The notes under the pieces are model-generated. The model saw nothing but the letters and a program-made list of their open reading frames with translations, made no database searches and was not told the origin of the DNA. Both the position numbers and the translations under genes were made by a program. This document shows, in pieces, positions 1-10,400 of a stretch of DNA of 64,000 nucleotides (positions are counted from its first letter, which is position 1; every line of letters starts with the position of its first letter). Origin of the DNA: Prorocentrum cordatum (Eukaryota); contig CAUYUJ010000018.1 of the NCBI GenBank assembly GCA_963575745.1, forward strand, positions 1-64,000. The letters run 5' to 3'.

Positions 1-1680
1 CGGTGCTGGCGTCGGTGCCCGCGTCCGTGCTGATGTCGACGATGATGCTGGAGCTGACGTAGGCGCTGGCGCTGGTCTCATGCAGGCGTGGGTGTTGGTG
101 CCGGCGCAGGCGCTGGCGTCGGTGCTGGCCATATCGGTAAGTTGTGCATGCGGGTCTGTCCGCTGGGTGGTGTCCCGGCGAAGGCGGTGGCATCGGTGAA
201 GTCGCTGGCGTCGGTGCTGGCCTCAGTGCTGGTGTCGTGTGACGCGCTGGCGTCGGTCCTGGCCTCAGTGCTAGCGTCAGTGCCGGTGTCCGTGCTGATG
301 TCAGCGATGGCGTCGAAACTGTCAGGCGCCGGCGTTGGTGTGGGCTATAAGCGCAGACGCTGGTCCCGACGAGGGCCGTAGGCTTTGGCGTTGGTGCTGG
401 CCTCAATGCAGGCGTCGGTACCGGCGTCTTTGCTGCTGGGAAAGGTGACCTCGGATCTGCCGTAGAGCTGGCGCTGCTGCCGGCGAAGGCGCAGGCGTTG
501 GTGCCGGCGAAGGCGCTGGAGTCGGAGCTGGCCTCGGTACTGGCGTTAATGCTGATGTCCGTGCTGATGTGAGCCGGCGTGGACGCTGGCGCTTGTGCTG
601 GCGTACCGGCGCAAGCGTTGGGGCAGGCGCAGGCGCTGGCGTCGGTGCTGGCCTCGATGCTGGCGTCGGTGCCCGCGTCCGTGCTGATGTCGACGATGGT
701 GCCGGAGCTGACGCAGGCGCTGGCGCTGGTGTCGGCGGGGGCGCAGGCCTTGGTGCCGGCGCAGGCGCTGGCGTCGGGGCTGGCCGAATCGGTACGTTGT
801 TCACCCGGCGCAGTCGCAGGCGCTCGCGCCGGCGAAGGCGCTGGCGTTGGTGTGGGCCTCGGTGCCGGTATTGGTGGACGCGCTGGCGTCCGTGCTGGCC
901 TCGGTGCTAGCGTCACTGCTGGTGCCCGTGCTGATGTCCACGATGGCGTCGGAACTAGCAGGCGCCAGCTTTGGTGCCGGCGTAGGCGCCGACGGTGGTG
1001 CTGGCGTCAGTGCTGGCGTCGGCGAAGGTGAAGGCGGTGGCGTGGCGCGGGCGTCGGCGCAGGCGGAGATGCTGGCGTCGGTGCTGGCGTCGGCGTCGGT
1101 GTAGGCGTTGGCGTTCATGGTGGCGCCAGTGCCGGCGACGGTGCTGGCGCAGGCCCTGGCGGAGTCGTTGGCCTTGGTGCTGGCGCCAATGCTGGCGTCG
1201 GCGCCGGTGGCTGGCGTGGGCGCAGGCTTCGATTCTGGCGTCGGTGCTGACGTCGGTGCTGGCGTACGCACCAGCGTTGGTGCTGGCATCGGTGCCGGCG
1301 TCGGTAATGGTGTAGGCGCTGGCGCAGGTGCCAGTGAAGGCGCCGGCATTGGTGCTGGCGTCGGTGCTGGCGTCCGCGCTGGGGAAGGCGCTGGCGTTAG
1401 TGCCAGCGCAATCGCAAGCATTGGTGCTGGAGTCGGTGATGGCGGCGACGGTGGCGAAGGCGCCGGCGTAGGTGCTGCTGTCGGCGCTGGCGCCAGCGCT
1501 GGTGTCGGTGCCGGCGTTGGGGTGGATGTAGGCGCCGGCGTTGGTGCTGGCGTCGGTGCTTGAAAAGGTGCTGGTGCAGGCGCTGGCGCTGGTGCCGGCC
1601 TCGGCGCAGGCGCTGGTGCTGGCGTCGGTGCTGGCGCCGGCGCTGGCATTCGCGCCAGCGTTGGTATCGGCGTCGGGGCC
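1..1680. repeat. Degenerate GCTGGCGTCGGT/GGTGCTGGC low-complexity tandem repeat, same motif family as the repeats inside the LINE ORF1
   Basis: Repeated gtcggtgctggc units; 1-150 recurs at about 655-800; ORFs here are only Ala/Gly/Val- or Pro/Ala/Thr-rich readings. Confidence 0.85.
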
Positions 1681-1932
1681 TTCTCGACTGCCTCCTTGCC
1701 CTCCCCCTCCTTCTCTGCCTGCTCCACCTCCTCGGCCTCCACCTCCTCCACCGCCGCCTCCCTGGTCCTTCGCCTCCCCCACCTCGTCGCCGTCACCTGC
1801 CGGCTCTCTGGCCGCTGCTGCTCCCCATCGCGATGAGCGACGTCTGGTTGCCTGCCGCCGTGAACAGCGAACGGTCGAGCTACAGCCGCCCGGTGCGCGA
1901 CTGCCCCGCAGGTCGTCCGTCTCGCGGCCGGG

Positions 1933-4900
1933 CTACAGCCACCTGGTGCGCGACTGCACCCGCAAGTCGCCCTGCGCGCGGAGCTCCGCGGCCCACTCGA
2001 CGCCCTCCGTGGCGAGGGCGTCGGCGCCGCTGTTGAGTCTGCGGCGGACGGCCTGGAACTCGAGAACCCAGCCCTCGGCCGCAAGAGGCGCCAAGCCCTC
2101 CTCGATCTCGGCCTGGAGCTCCAGCCGCCGAAACCGGCCAGTGCCGGCGCCGTAGCGGATCGCCGCCGTGTTGTCGCCGGCCACGCGGGCGCGGCGGAAG
2201 GGCAAGGCCAGGCCCCGCAGCAGGCCGAGGCCGTGGCGACATCCGACGGCCTCCGCGGGTTGCGAGCCAGGTCCGGCTGGAAGTGCCACTACCACCTCCG
2301 CCACTCTGGTAGGGGCGCCTCCGGCGAGGTGGTGGCGCCAGAGGATGGCGCCCGCTCCGCTCGCTTCCTCGCCGTCGAACCGCCGCGAGCCGCCATCGAA
2401 GGTGACCTCCAGGGGCCATGTCGCATCCTCGTGGGCTGGCGACGGCGACCACGCCACAGTCACCTCTTCGTCGGGCAGAAGGCGCTGACCAGCTCTCAGG
2501 CACGCCCGGGAGCAGCGGCAGTGAGGGCAGTGCTGGACCGACCACTCCGCGGTGGCCAACGCCGGAGGGACACGACGAGGCCGGGGCCACCAGCCGGCGC
2601 CTGCTGGAATCCAAGCTGCAGGGCTGCTATCGGCCGTGAGGCATCCGAGGAGGTCGCCGGGCGCGGCAGAGCGCCGGGCCACCGCACGTCGAACCATGGC
2701 GCCGCCTCCACGGTCCTCGCGCGCCAGCGCGGCAGGGACCGCCGAAGAACGCATCCCGAGGGCGGGGGCCGCAATCGCCGCGCAGTCCGGACAGGACGGA
2801 TCGGGCGGGCCCCAGGCGTCTGGGCAAAGGCCGGCTGGCTGCCGAGCTGGGCCCGGCTGCGCGTGAGTGGCCGCGGCGCCGTCGCCCGCGTCGGGGTCAT
2901 CGAGGTCGTCGTCGTCGCTGTTGTCCGCGTTGCCGCGCGCGCTGGTGGCCGCGAAAGCCCGGACCAGCCGCCGTGCCGCGTCCGGACTCTGGAGAGTGGC
3001 CCTGCCAAGCAGCGACATGTAGTGGAAGACCAGCTGGTGAGTGAAGGCGGCCACTGGCTGGGCCAGGTCGCCGGGCGCGCGCAGCGCCTCGCCGAAGGCG
3101 GGAGCATCGGCGGCAGGGAACAACCGGCGCCACGCGAGCGCCACGGCCGGGCACCAATGCCAGAGGTGCTCTGCTCCGGCCTCCCCGGCGCCGCAGAGCG
3201 GGCACGAACCGTAACCGCTGGGGCCCCAGGCGTCCGGTGGAGCGAGGCGGGGCCGCGCGGCCTGGAGACGCGCCGCGTCGGCGCGGAGCTCCTCCGGCAG
3301 CAGATGCAGCGGGCGGGCAGCCCATGCGTGCCCGTCGGCCCACGGCCCGAAGCAGTCCGCACACCACTCCAGCGCGGGCTGCCCGCTGTGAGCGGTCCGC
3401 CAAGCGTGGCAGGCTGGTCGGGCGCACACGCAGCACAGCCGGGGCGGGCGCTCGTCCGAAGGCCGCCACCGAGCCGCCCCGGGCAGGCCGTTTGCCAAGA
3501 AACGCAAGATGTGGAAGGCCGCCGTGTAGCTCCGGGCCACTCCGAGGAGCACCCACTCGTCACCGAGGCTGGGCGCCCACCGTCGCGTTGTGGAGCGCTC
3601 CAGTAGCCAGTCCCCGAGGCACCGAGCGCGGGCGGCCGCCCAGGCCGCCACGTAGAGCGCTCGGCCGAGGCGGGCGGCGCGAAGGCGCGGCTGTGGCCAA
3701 AGCCGCGCGCCGGCGGCGCGGCGGAGCTGGAGCGCCGCGTCTGCGAGGCCGAGCGGGCCCCCGCGCGGCCGCGGGGCAAGCGGCGCCGGCTGGGGTTGCT
3801 GAGCCCACTGCTGGAGGCGGCCCCACCACCACCCAAGCTCCTCGCGCAGCGGGCGGGGGGCCCAAGCGTCGCGCCGCACCGAAGCCAACGCCGCAGTGGC
3901 ACGGGCGGCGGCCACCGGGCATCTCGGCGCCCCGCGGGCTCCGCAGTAGGGGCCGATTCCTGTGGCCACCCACGTGGGACACCAGCGCGTGCCTGCGATG
4001 CGGAGCGCCGTGGCCATCGCATGGGTCGCGGCGGACTCGTCCGCCGGCAAGGGGAGCCCGACGTGCGTGGGGTATTCCGTCAATGGTGCGGCGTAGGAAT
4101 TCCAAGCCGCCGCGCGGCGTCCGGGGGAGCCGACCGCCCCGCCAAGGGCGGCGCCCCGCTCGCGAAGTCGGCCGGAGGCGCGGCGCCAAGAACCCTGCCG
4201 CACCGCCGCAAGGGCGCCCGCGGACCACCCCCTCGGTGCGCCAGCCGCCAGTGCGCGCGAGCCCAAGGCCGCGCCCAAGTACGGCGAGGCCGGGCGCGCG
4301 GCGGCGCGGCCGAAGGGCGACGCCGCCATGCAGGTGGCCCAGCGGTCCAGGTGTGCGGCTGGCACCAATGCTGTCTTCACAGAGCAACCGCACGCGCGCC
4401 CGAGGATTCGCCAGCCACGGACCGCGTCTTCCCCGCATCGGTGCGCCAGAACGTCCCGGACCAGCTCTGGAATCAGGCCGGTGATGTGCAAGTCGCCGCC
4501 GTTGTCCACCATGCTGACGGGGAGGTCCGCGCACGTCCGCCGCACCGCCAAAGGAGCCCCCGGCAGTACCAGGAGCGCGCAGGAGTGCGCCTCGACACAC
4601 AGGCCGGCCACCCAGGAAGCGTACACCAGGTAGAAGGACACCCGCAGGGCCTGGCGGGGTCCCACCACGAGGCAGGCGGTGTCGTCCATGAAGGTGGGGT
4701 CTGCCACTCCGAGCGCGCGCTGCAGCCCCGCGATGATGGGGTCGTAGCAAACGTTCCACAGGAGGGGCGAGGCGGTGCCGCCCATCCCGATTGATCGTCT
4801 GAGGCGCCTTGGGGGCCCGCCCCGGCCTGCCCGGAGGGCCCGGACGCTGCGGTCCACCACGAGACTTAAGAAGCCGTTGGTGACCCAGGCTGGAAGGCGC

Positions 4901-7494
4901 CATCGCTCGAGCAACTCGCGGAGCCAGGCCCAAGACACCCGTTCGAAGGCCTTTGATTGGTCCGCGCACAATACCGCAGTGGCCAGACGAAGGTCGCCCT
5001 CCTCCACCTCGCCGATATGGCGCTCGATCGCTGGTGCGTCTGGCCCAAGAAGTGCCTGCCAGAGCGGGCCTGGCGGAGAGGCTGGGCGCGGGGCCGGGTC
5101 CTCCAGGTGCCGGAAAGCGGCCGCGATGTTGGGGCCGCACGAGCCGCCCGCGACCGCCGCCTGCCCCTCAGCGAATTGGGCCTCGAGGGCCGGGCCTGCG
5201 GCCGAGGCAAGCGCGGCGCCGTATAGCCTCCGGAAGCAAGTCGGCAGCTGGAGGGGCCGCATGTCGCCCGCTTGCTCCCCATCGGGCTTCTTCAGTATCC
5301 ATATGAGCAAGTCCACCGATGGGCCCAGCACGGTGGGAAGCACTTGCGGCCACAACTGCGCGGCATGGAAGGCCTGTCCCAAAAGCGCAGCCACGAAGCG
5401 GGCGCCGATGTGATAGCACTCGTAAGGCTCAGCGTCCAGGCCGGCGGCGGAGCCGCAGGGCCCAAGCACCAAGGAGGCAAGGCGCCGCCAGCGCGGCCGC
5501 GGGCGTGCTGGCAAGTCCACCGCGCGGTGCAAGAAATAATCATCCAGGAGAGCAGAGGCCCGGGCAGGTGTGGGCGGCGCTGAGCCCCACAGCGGTTCCC
5601 GATTCTCCCAAAGGATCGCCTCCACTTCAGCTGGCTCGTCGTGCCACCGGCCGTGGGCATCGCGGACACCGCGGAGTGAGTGGACGCGGTTGAAAAGCTG
5701 GCGCCCTATGCGGAAGGGCTCAGCGAGCGCGGGCCTGGCCGCCGAAGCGCCGCGCTCCCACGGCCGAAGCCGCACTCGGCGGTGGTGGTGCTGCTCCCGT
5801 TGCCACAAGGCGAGCCATGCGGCAAGCGCCTCCTGGTTCAGCTCGCGGCCGTCCCAACCAAGGGCGCGCATCCACTCGCCAGTAGGTCCAGAAGGCGCAT
5901 GGGTACCACCACGGGCGGCAGCGCGAGCAAGCTCCGTGCCAGGTTCCGGCAGGGGGCGCCGCCTGCGCCAGTCCTCCCACCAGCTGGCCAGCATAGCCGA
6001 GAGGGCGGCACGCCCATACAGCATCAGGGCAGGGAGGACGGGAACCTCCTGGCCGGCGTCGTCGGCATCTTCTCCACCTCTTCTTCCTGCTGCAGCAGCG
6101 CGTCCCCCTCCAGCACCCTCGCCTCCGGGTAGGTCGGCCTCGCTTGCAGGAATCTCCTGGCCGGCGTCGTCGGCATTTCCTCCTCCTCCTCGTCTTCCTC
6201 CTCCTCCACCTCCTCCTCTTCCACGGCGCCTGCGCCCTCGCCCTCCTCCATCCCCTCCAGGCGGGTCAGCTGCACCTTCGCCGTCGGCTCCGGGCGGGCC
6301 GTAGTCTGTGCCGTAGATGTCCGCGTTGAGCCTGTCATGCAACGCGTCCTCCGGGCCCGCCGGTCGGTCTCCCCATGCCGCAGGGCGCAATCCTGAGAGG
6401 TCGACGTCTGGGAGGTCAAACGCTCGCCCCAGCAGCGCGTACCGCCTCCGCAAGTCCATGAAGGCCTCCTGGGGGAGGGCCTTGAACGTGGCCGGCGTGA
6501 GAGCCCGTACCGCCGTACCCTGCTGCACCTCAGGGCCGGCGAGAATAGCGGCATGATCGGAGAGGGGCAATCTCCATACCAACTGTGGTCTCCAGCGCCA
6601 CGCCTCTCGCAGCGGCGCCGCCACGAGATCCAGCTGAGCAGGAGGGCCGCGCGCTCCGCGTCGTGTGACCGCGGCGCCAGTGACTGCGGTGAGGCCGTGT
6701 GCGTGGAGAAGTGCATGAAATTCCGCAGCCAGCTCCTCCTCCCCGTCCCGCGGCTCGTGCAACTGGAAGTTCACATCGCCGCCGAGGTAAGTGGCCACCT
6801 CGGGGGCTGCAGGAAGAGCCGCACGCACGGCCGCCAGGGTGGCGCGCTGTGCGCCCGGCGGCAAGTACAAGGAGACGAAACGGACCAAGGAGCGGGCGAT
6901 GATCGTGTGGACGGCCAATGCACACCCAGGCACTAGCTCCGTAACGGTCGTCGCCTGCAGCGTCGCCGGGAGCAGCACGGCAACGCCGCCGGTAGCTCCG
7001 CCGCCTGGCCCAACCTGTGCCGGAGAAGAGTGGACCGTGGCCGGCGGAAACTGGGCTGCCCACAGCGCCTGCTCTGCTGCGCCCCAGTGCGTCTCCCCGA
7101 GCAGGACGATGCGCCCAGCGTCGAGCCACCCCTGGACCATCCGGCGCTTGGCCGAATTGTTCGTGGCGTGGGGGTCGACCAGCCACCTGATGTTCCAAGC
7201 GGCGAGGCGGAGGCCGGCGCCCGCGCGGTCCTCGCGCAGCGCGGCCAACAGTTGCGAGAGGCCTCGGCCTTCGCAAAGGCGGCCCCATGTGGCGCCCGGC
7301 GGCACCCGGGACCTGTGGAGGAGCAGCCACAAGGCGTTCGCCGAGCGGACCCTCGCTGACACCCCAGCGGCAGCGAGAGCGACCGCAAGCCTGTCCCGGA
7401 CCGCTGCCCAAGCACGCGTGCGGGCCTGGGGCAGTGGGGCGCCCGGAGGCGGCCGCCCGAGGGCGTCCAGGAGGAGGGCGGCGTCCGGATCCAT
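1933..7494 (-). CDS. LINE ORF2 polyprotein (1853 aa from the ATG at 7494): AP endonuclease, reverse transcriptase, Zn knuckle, SET-like segment, RNase H
   Basis: APE about 6541-7205: AWNIRWL, LGETHW, GGVAVLL, SLYLPP, GGDVN, LDLV, SDHAAI. RT about 4270-5460: SAAGLD, MRPLQL, DQSKAFERVSW, GMGGTASPLLW, FMDD, YLG. CPLC..EHLWHWCP about 3148-3205. RNase H about 1960-2410: FDGGSR, GAGAIL, AEAVG, GDN, RRLNSGADALA. Confidence 0.95.
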   Translation of the reverse strand: MDPDAALLLDALGRPPPGAPLPQARTRAWAAVRDRLAVALAAAGVSARVRSANALWLLLHRSRVPPGATWGRLCEGRGLSQLLAALREDRAGAGLRLAAWNIRWLVDPHATNNSAKRRMVQGWLDAGRIVLLGETHWGAAEQALWAAQFPPATVHSSPAQVGPGGGATGGVAVLLPATLQATTVTELVPGCALAVHTIIARSLVRFVSLYLPPGAQRATLAAVRAALPAAPEVATYLGGDVNFQLHEPRDGEEELAAEFHALLHAHGLTAVTGAAVTRRGARGPPAQLDLVAAPLREAWRWRPQLVWRLPLSDHAAILAGPEVQQGTAVRALTPATFKALPQEAFMDLRRRYALLGRAFDLPDVDLSGLRPAAWGDRPAGPEDALHDRLNADIYGTDYGPPGADGEGAADPPGGDGGGRGRRRRGRGGGGGGGRRGGGGNADDAGQEIPASEADLPGGEGAGGGRAAAAGRRGGEDADDAGQEVPVLPALMLYGRAALSAMLASWWEDWRRRRPLPEPGTELARAAARGGTHAPSGPTGEWMRALGWDGRELNQEALAAWLALWQREQHHHRRVRLRPWERGASAARPALAEPFRIGRQLFNRVHSLRGVRDAHGRWHDEPAEVEAILWENREPLWGSAPPTPARASALLDDYFLHRAVDLPARPRPRWRRLASLVLGPCGSAAGLDAEPYECYHIGARFVAALLGQAFHAAQLWPQVLPTVLGPSVDLLIWILKKPDGEQAGDMRPLQLPTCFRRLYGAALASAAGPALEAQFAEGQAAVAGGSCGPNIAAAFRHLEDPAPRPASPPGPLWQALLGPDAPAIERHIGEVEEGDLRLATAVLCADQSKAFERVSWAWLRELLERWRLPAWVTNGFLSLVVDRSVRALRAGRGGPPRRLRRSIGMGGTASPLLWNVCYDPIIAGLQRALGVADPTFMDDTACLVVGPRQALRVSFYLVYASWVAGLCVEAHSCALLVLPGAPLAVRRTCADLPVSMVDNGGDLHITGLIPELVRDVLAHRCGEDAVRGWRILGRACGCSVKTALVPAAHLDRWATCMAASPFGRAAARPASPYLGAALGSRALAAGAPRGWSAGALAAVRQGSWRRASGRLRERGAALGGAVGSPGRRAAAWNSYAAPLTEYPTHVGLPLPADESAATHAMATALRIAGTRWCPTWVATGIGPYCGARGAPRCPVAAARATAALASVRRDAWAPRPLREELGWWWGRLQQWAQQPQPAPLAPRPRGGPLGLADAALQLRRAAGARLWPQPRLRAARLGRALYVAAWAAARARCLGDWLLERSTTRRWAPSLGDEWVLLGVARSYTAAFHILRFLANGLPGAARWRPSDERPPRLCCVCARPACHAWRTAHSGQPALEWCADCFGPWADGHAWAARPLHLLPEELRADAARLQAARPRLAPPDAWGPSGYGSCPLCGAGEAGAEHLWHWCPAVALAWRRLFPAADAPAFGEALRAPGDLAQPVAAFTHQLVFHYMSLLGRATLQSPDAARRLVRAFAATSARGNADNSDDDDLDDPDAGDGAAATHAQPGPARQPAGLCPDAWGPPDPSCPDCAAIAAPALGMRSSAVPAALAREDRGGGAMVRRAVARRSAAPGDLLGCLTADSSPAAWIPAGAGWWPRPRRVPPALATAEWSVQHCPHCRCSRACLRAGQRLLPDEEVTVAWSPSPAHEDATWPLEVTFDGGSRRFDGEEASGAGAILWRHHLAGGAPTRVAEVVVALPAGPGSQPAEAVGCRHGLGLLRGLALPFRRARVAGDNTAAIRYGAGTGRFRRLELQAEIEEGLAPLAAEGWVLEFQAVRRRLNSGADALATEGVEWAAELRAQGDLRVQSRTRWL

Positions 7495-10400
7495 CACTGG
7501 GCGCGGCGGCCGTCTTCGGCCGCTGGGGGGTGAGCTGCAGCAGCGTGCGCAGCACTGGAGGCCGGCAGACCGGCTGCGGCGGGCACCGCGGGTGCGGCGG
7601 CCGGAGCGGATGCAGGACCGTCCTGCGGATGCTCCGCATCAGGTCCGGCCAGGCGCTGGGCGGGTCGCCGTGCGCCAAGCATGTCTCCGACCAGGTCGAG
7701 CGGTACAGGCCACTCGCGCGTGGGGCGGGGTGGGCCAGGAAGGCCGTCCACGTCCGCAGCAAGCCGGCGGTACTGGGAGAGCAACGCGGCTGGCGCGTGG
7801 TACGCCCGCGGATGCCCTGTCCTTCCCTGGAGCCAATCGCGCAGTGGTCCGCGGAGCCGCACCTGCAGGGCGGTCACGTCCAAATGGCTCCCGACCGCAT
7901 CGAACAACTGTCGGGCCTCCAGTCCGAGCCCCGCGAGATAGGGCCCATGGCCCGTGGCAGCCGCGCGCTCTGCGGGGGAGGGCATCCTCACCCCGTGGGC
8001 TGCGCCGTGGGTCTCCACCCAACAAGCGAATCTCTGTGCCTCGAGGTTGTTCTCCAGCGACCTCCCTCCCAGGACGAGCCCGAAGGCGGGGAGGAGGTGC
8101 CTGGGGAGGATGCGGCGGAATCGGGCCGCGACGTCGTTCAGCGTGAGCTGCCGCCAGGGCGCGTCGGCCGCGTATAGCATCGTGCGCGGGTGGTACTGGG
8201 GAGTGCTGTGCCGAATCTGATCCCCGAGCCCTGTGGAACGCGTCATCGGCGCAGTACCTCCATCGTCCCAGTGGGGCGCGAAGCCGCCCTCCCAGGGAGC
8301 CGGCCGGCGGACAGGCGTGAAGCTGGGATCCAGCACGATCGGCAGCGTGCTGAGGTAAAGGCGCCTCCGCGGGAAAGGAGCCCACGCCCTGGAGTCCACC
8401 ACCAGTACGTGTCCACCGTCGTCGAGATCGCCGAGGGCCCTGGTCATCGCCGCCCTATGGAGGGGGTGGGTGGTGGCTGCACTTTCCACCACGGCGTGAA
8501 CGTGACAGTCGGGCCGCAGGCCCTGCAGGCTCCAGACAACCAGCGGTATCGTCCAGAAGAGGTACGAGTCGTCGCCGCATAGGCCCTGGCGGCCTTGGTG
8601 CGGGCCCGCGGCATGCAGCTGCTGGGGAGGGGTGCCGGCGATCACCAGCACTAGGCTGCCTGGCGGGAAGCCCCGGCCGAAGCGGGCCAGCGGAGGGTCC
8701 GCCCCGCGGAAGAGGTCCCAGATGTCGCCAGCGAGCTTGACGTGAGGCGTCGTACCTGTGAGGCGAGCCTGGGTGGCCCAGCTGCGCTCAACCGCCGCGG
8801 CAAGTGTCGCGTCAGCCTCGGCGAAGCCTGACTGGGCTAATCCAGGATGGCGGAAGTCCCGCAAGAGTCCGTCCAACGCCACGCGCGTCATGCCAAGGCT
8901 GTCGAAGAGCGAGAGCAAGCAGACCGGCTGGGCAGGCAACGCGGCGGCCGTGTCGCTGGGCGCCGCGGCCTGAACGGCGGGCTGGTCCAGGAATCCAGCC
9001 CAGCTCTGGAATGCAGGGTCGCCTGGGCCCGTGGGGTCGCGGTCATGTCCAGGTGCCGCCGTTTCCGCTCCCGCCTGCCGGACGCGCATGCGGCGAGGCA
9101 AGGGGGGCCAGGCCCCGTGGGCGACGTCCTCGAGGCCCGGCTCGGCGGGCACAGGGGATCGGCGCCGGACTCCCGCCAGTCGCGGGGCAGGGCCAGCTGA
9201 GCCGCGGCGGCGGGCCGCAGCGCGGGCCCCGGCGCCGCTAGCACCATGTCCGCGCCCTCGGTCGCGGCCCCGGCTGCCGAGGGGCGCCGTCGCAACTGCG
9301 CCGTCCGCGCGGTCCCCGGACGAAGGGGGGGCACCTGGTGCCGCTGCGGCGGGCGCTGCTGGTGTGCCCGGCGTGCTCCGGACGGGGTTCCGTGACGTCG
9401 ATGCTGGTGGTACCGGCGCCGGTGTTGCTGCTGGAGTCGGAGCTACTGGCGCTGACGTCGGTGCCGCTGGTACTGACGTCGGTGCTGCTGGTACTGACGT
9501 CGGTGCTGCTGGTACGGACGTCGGTGCTGCTGGTACTGACGTCGGTGCTGCTGGTACGGACGTCAGTGCTGCTGGTACTGATGTCAGTGCTACTGGTGCT
9601 GACGTCGGTGTTTCTGTTGGAGTCCGAGCTGATGTCAGTGCTGCTGGTGACGGCGGCGCTGGTGCTGGTGCTGGCGTCAGTGTTGCTGCTGGTGCGGGCG
9701 CTGTCGTCCGAGTTGGTGCTGGAGCTGACGCCGGTGCGGCTGCTGGTGCTGGCGTCGGTGCTGAAACCGGTGCCGACGTTGACGTCGGTGCTACTGCGCG
9801 TCCTAGCGCCGGTGCTGCTGCTGTCGGTGGTGCAGCTAGGTCTGGAGCCACCGTCGGTGCTGCTGTGGACGTCGGTGATGCTGCTGGTGCGGACGTCGGT
9901 GCTGCTGCCGGTGCTGGCGCTGACGTCGGTGCTGCTGCTTGCATGGTCGTCGGCGCGGCCGTCTGGCCGGATCCGCCGCCGCCATTGCGGTCACTGCTGA
10001 GGGCCTGACCGTCGCCCGAAAGGTCTGCAACAGCACCAAGATGCAACGCCCTCGCTCCGCCTTGGTGGGCAAGCTGCCCGGGATGCTCTTCTCCGAGGCG
10101 CAAGGGGGCAGTCTGGCCCGGGGCAAACAGCTGCGGCCGCCCTTGTGGCGGCAGTGTCGGGGGGGCCTCGGCGGAGGCGGGGCCGGCCCTGGGCGCGGCA
10201 ACGGCTGCTGGCGCGGGTGCTACTGGCGAGACTGGAAGCACGGGCGCTGGCGCCGCAGCACCAGTTGGCAGCGCGAGCGCGCCCGAAGGGCCGGAGAGCG
10301 ATCCGGTGGCGGGCGCTGCAGGGGGAGCCGTGCCAGCGCTGGAGGCTAGCGCTGCTGCTTGCACGAGTCCATGCTGCGGGCGACCGTTTAGGTAGCCACC

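Noticed and set aside
7830..8930. Bacterial restriction-modification system or contamination
   Set aside because: Domain is fused in a eukaryotic retroelement ORF with SL relics; no restriction enzyme or prokaryotic gene layout
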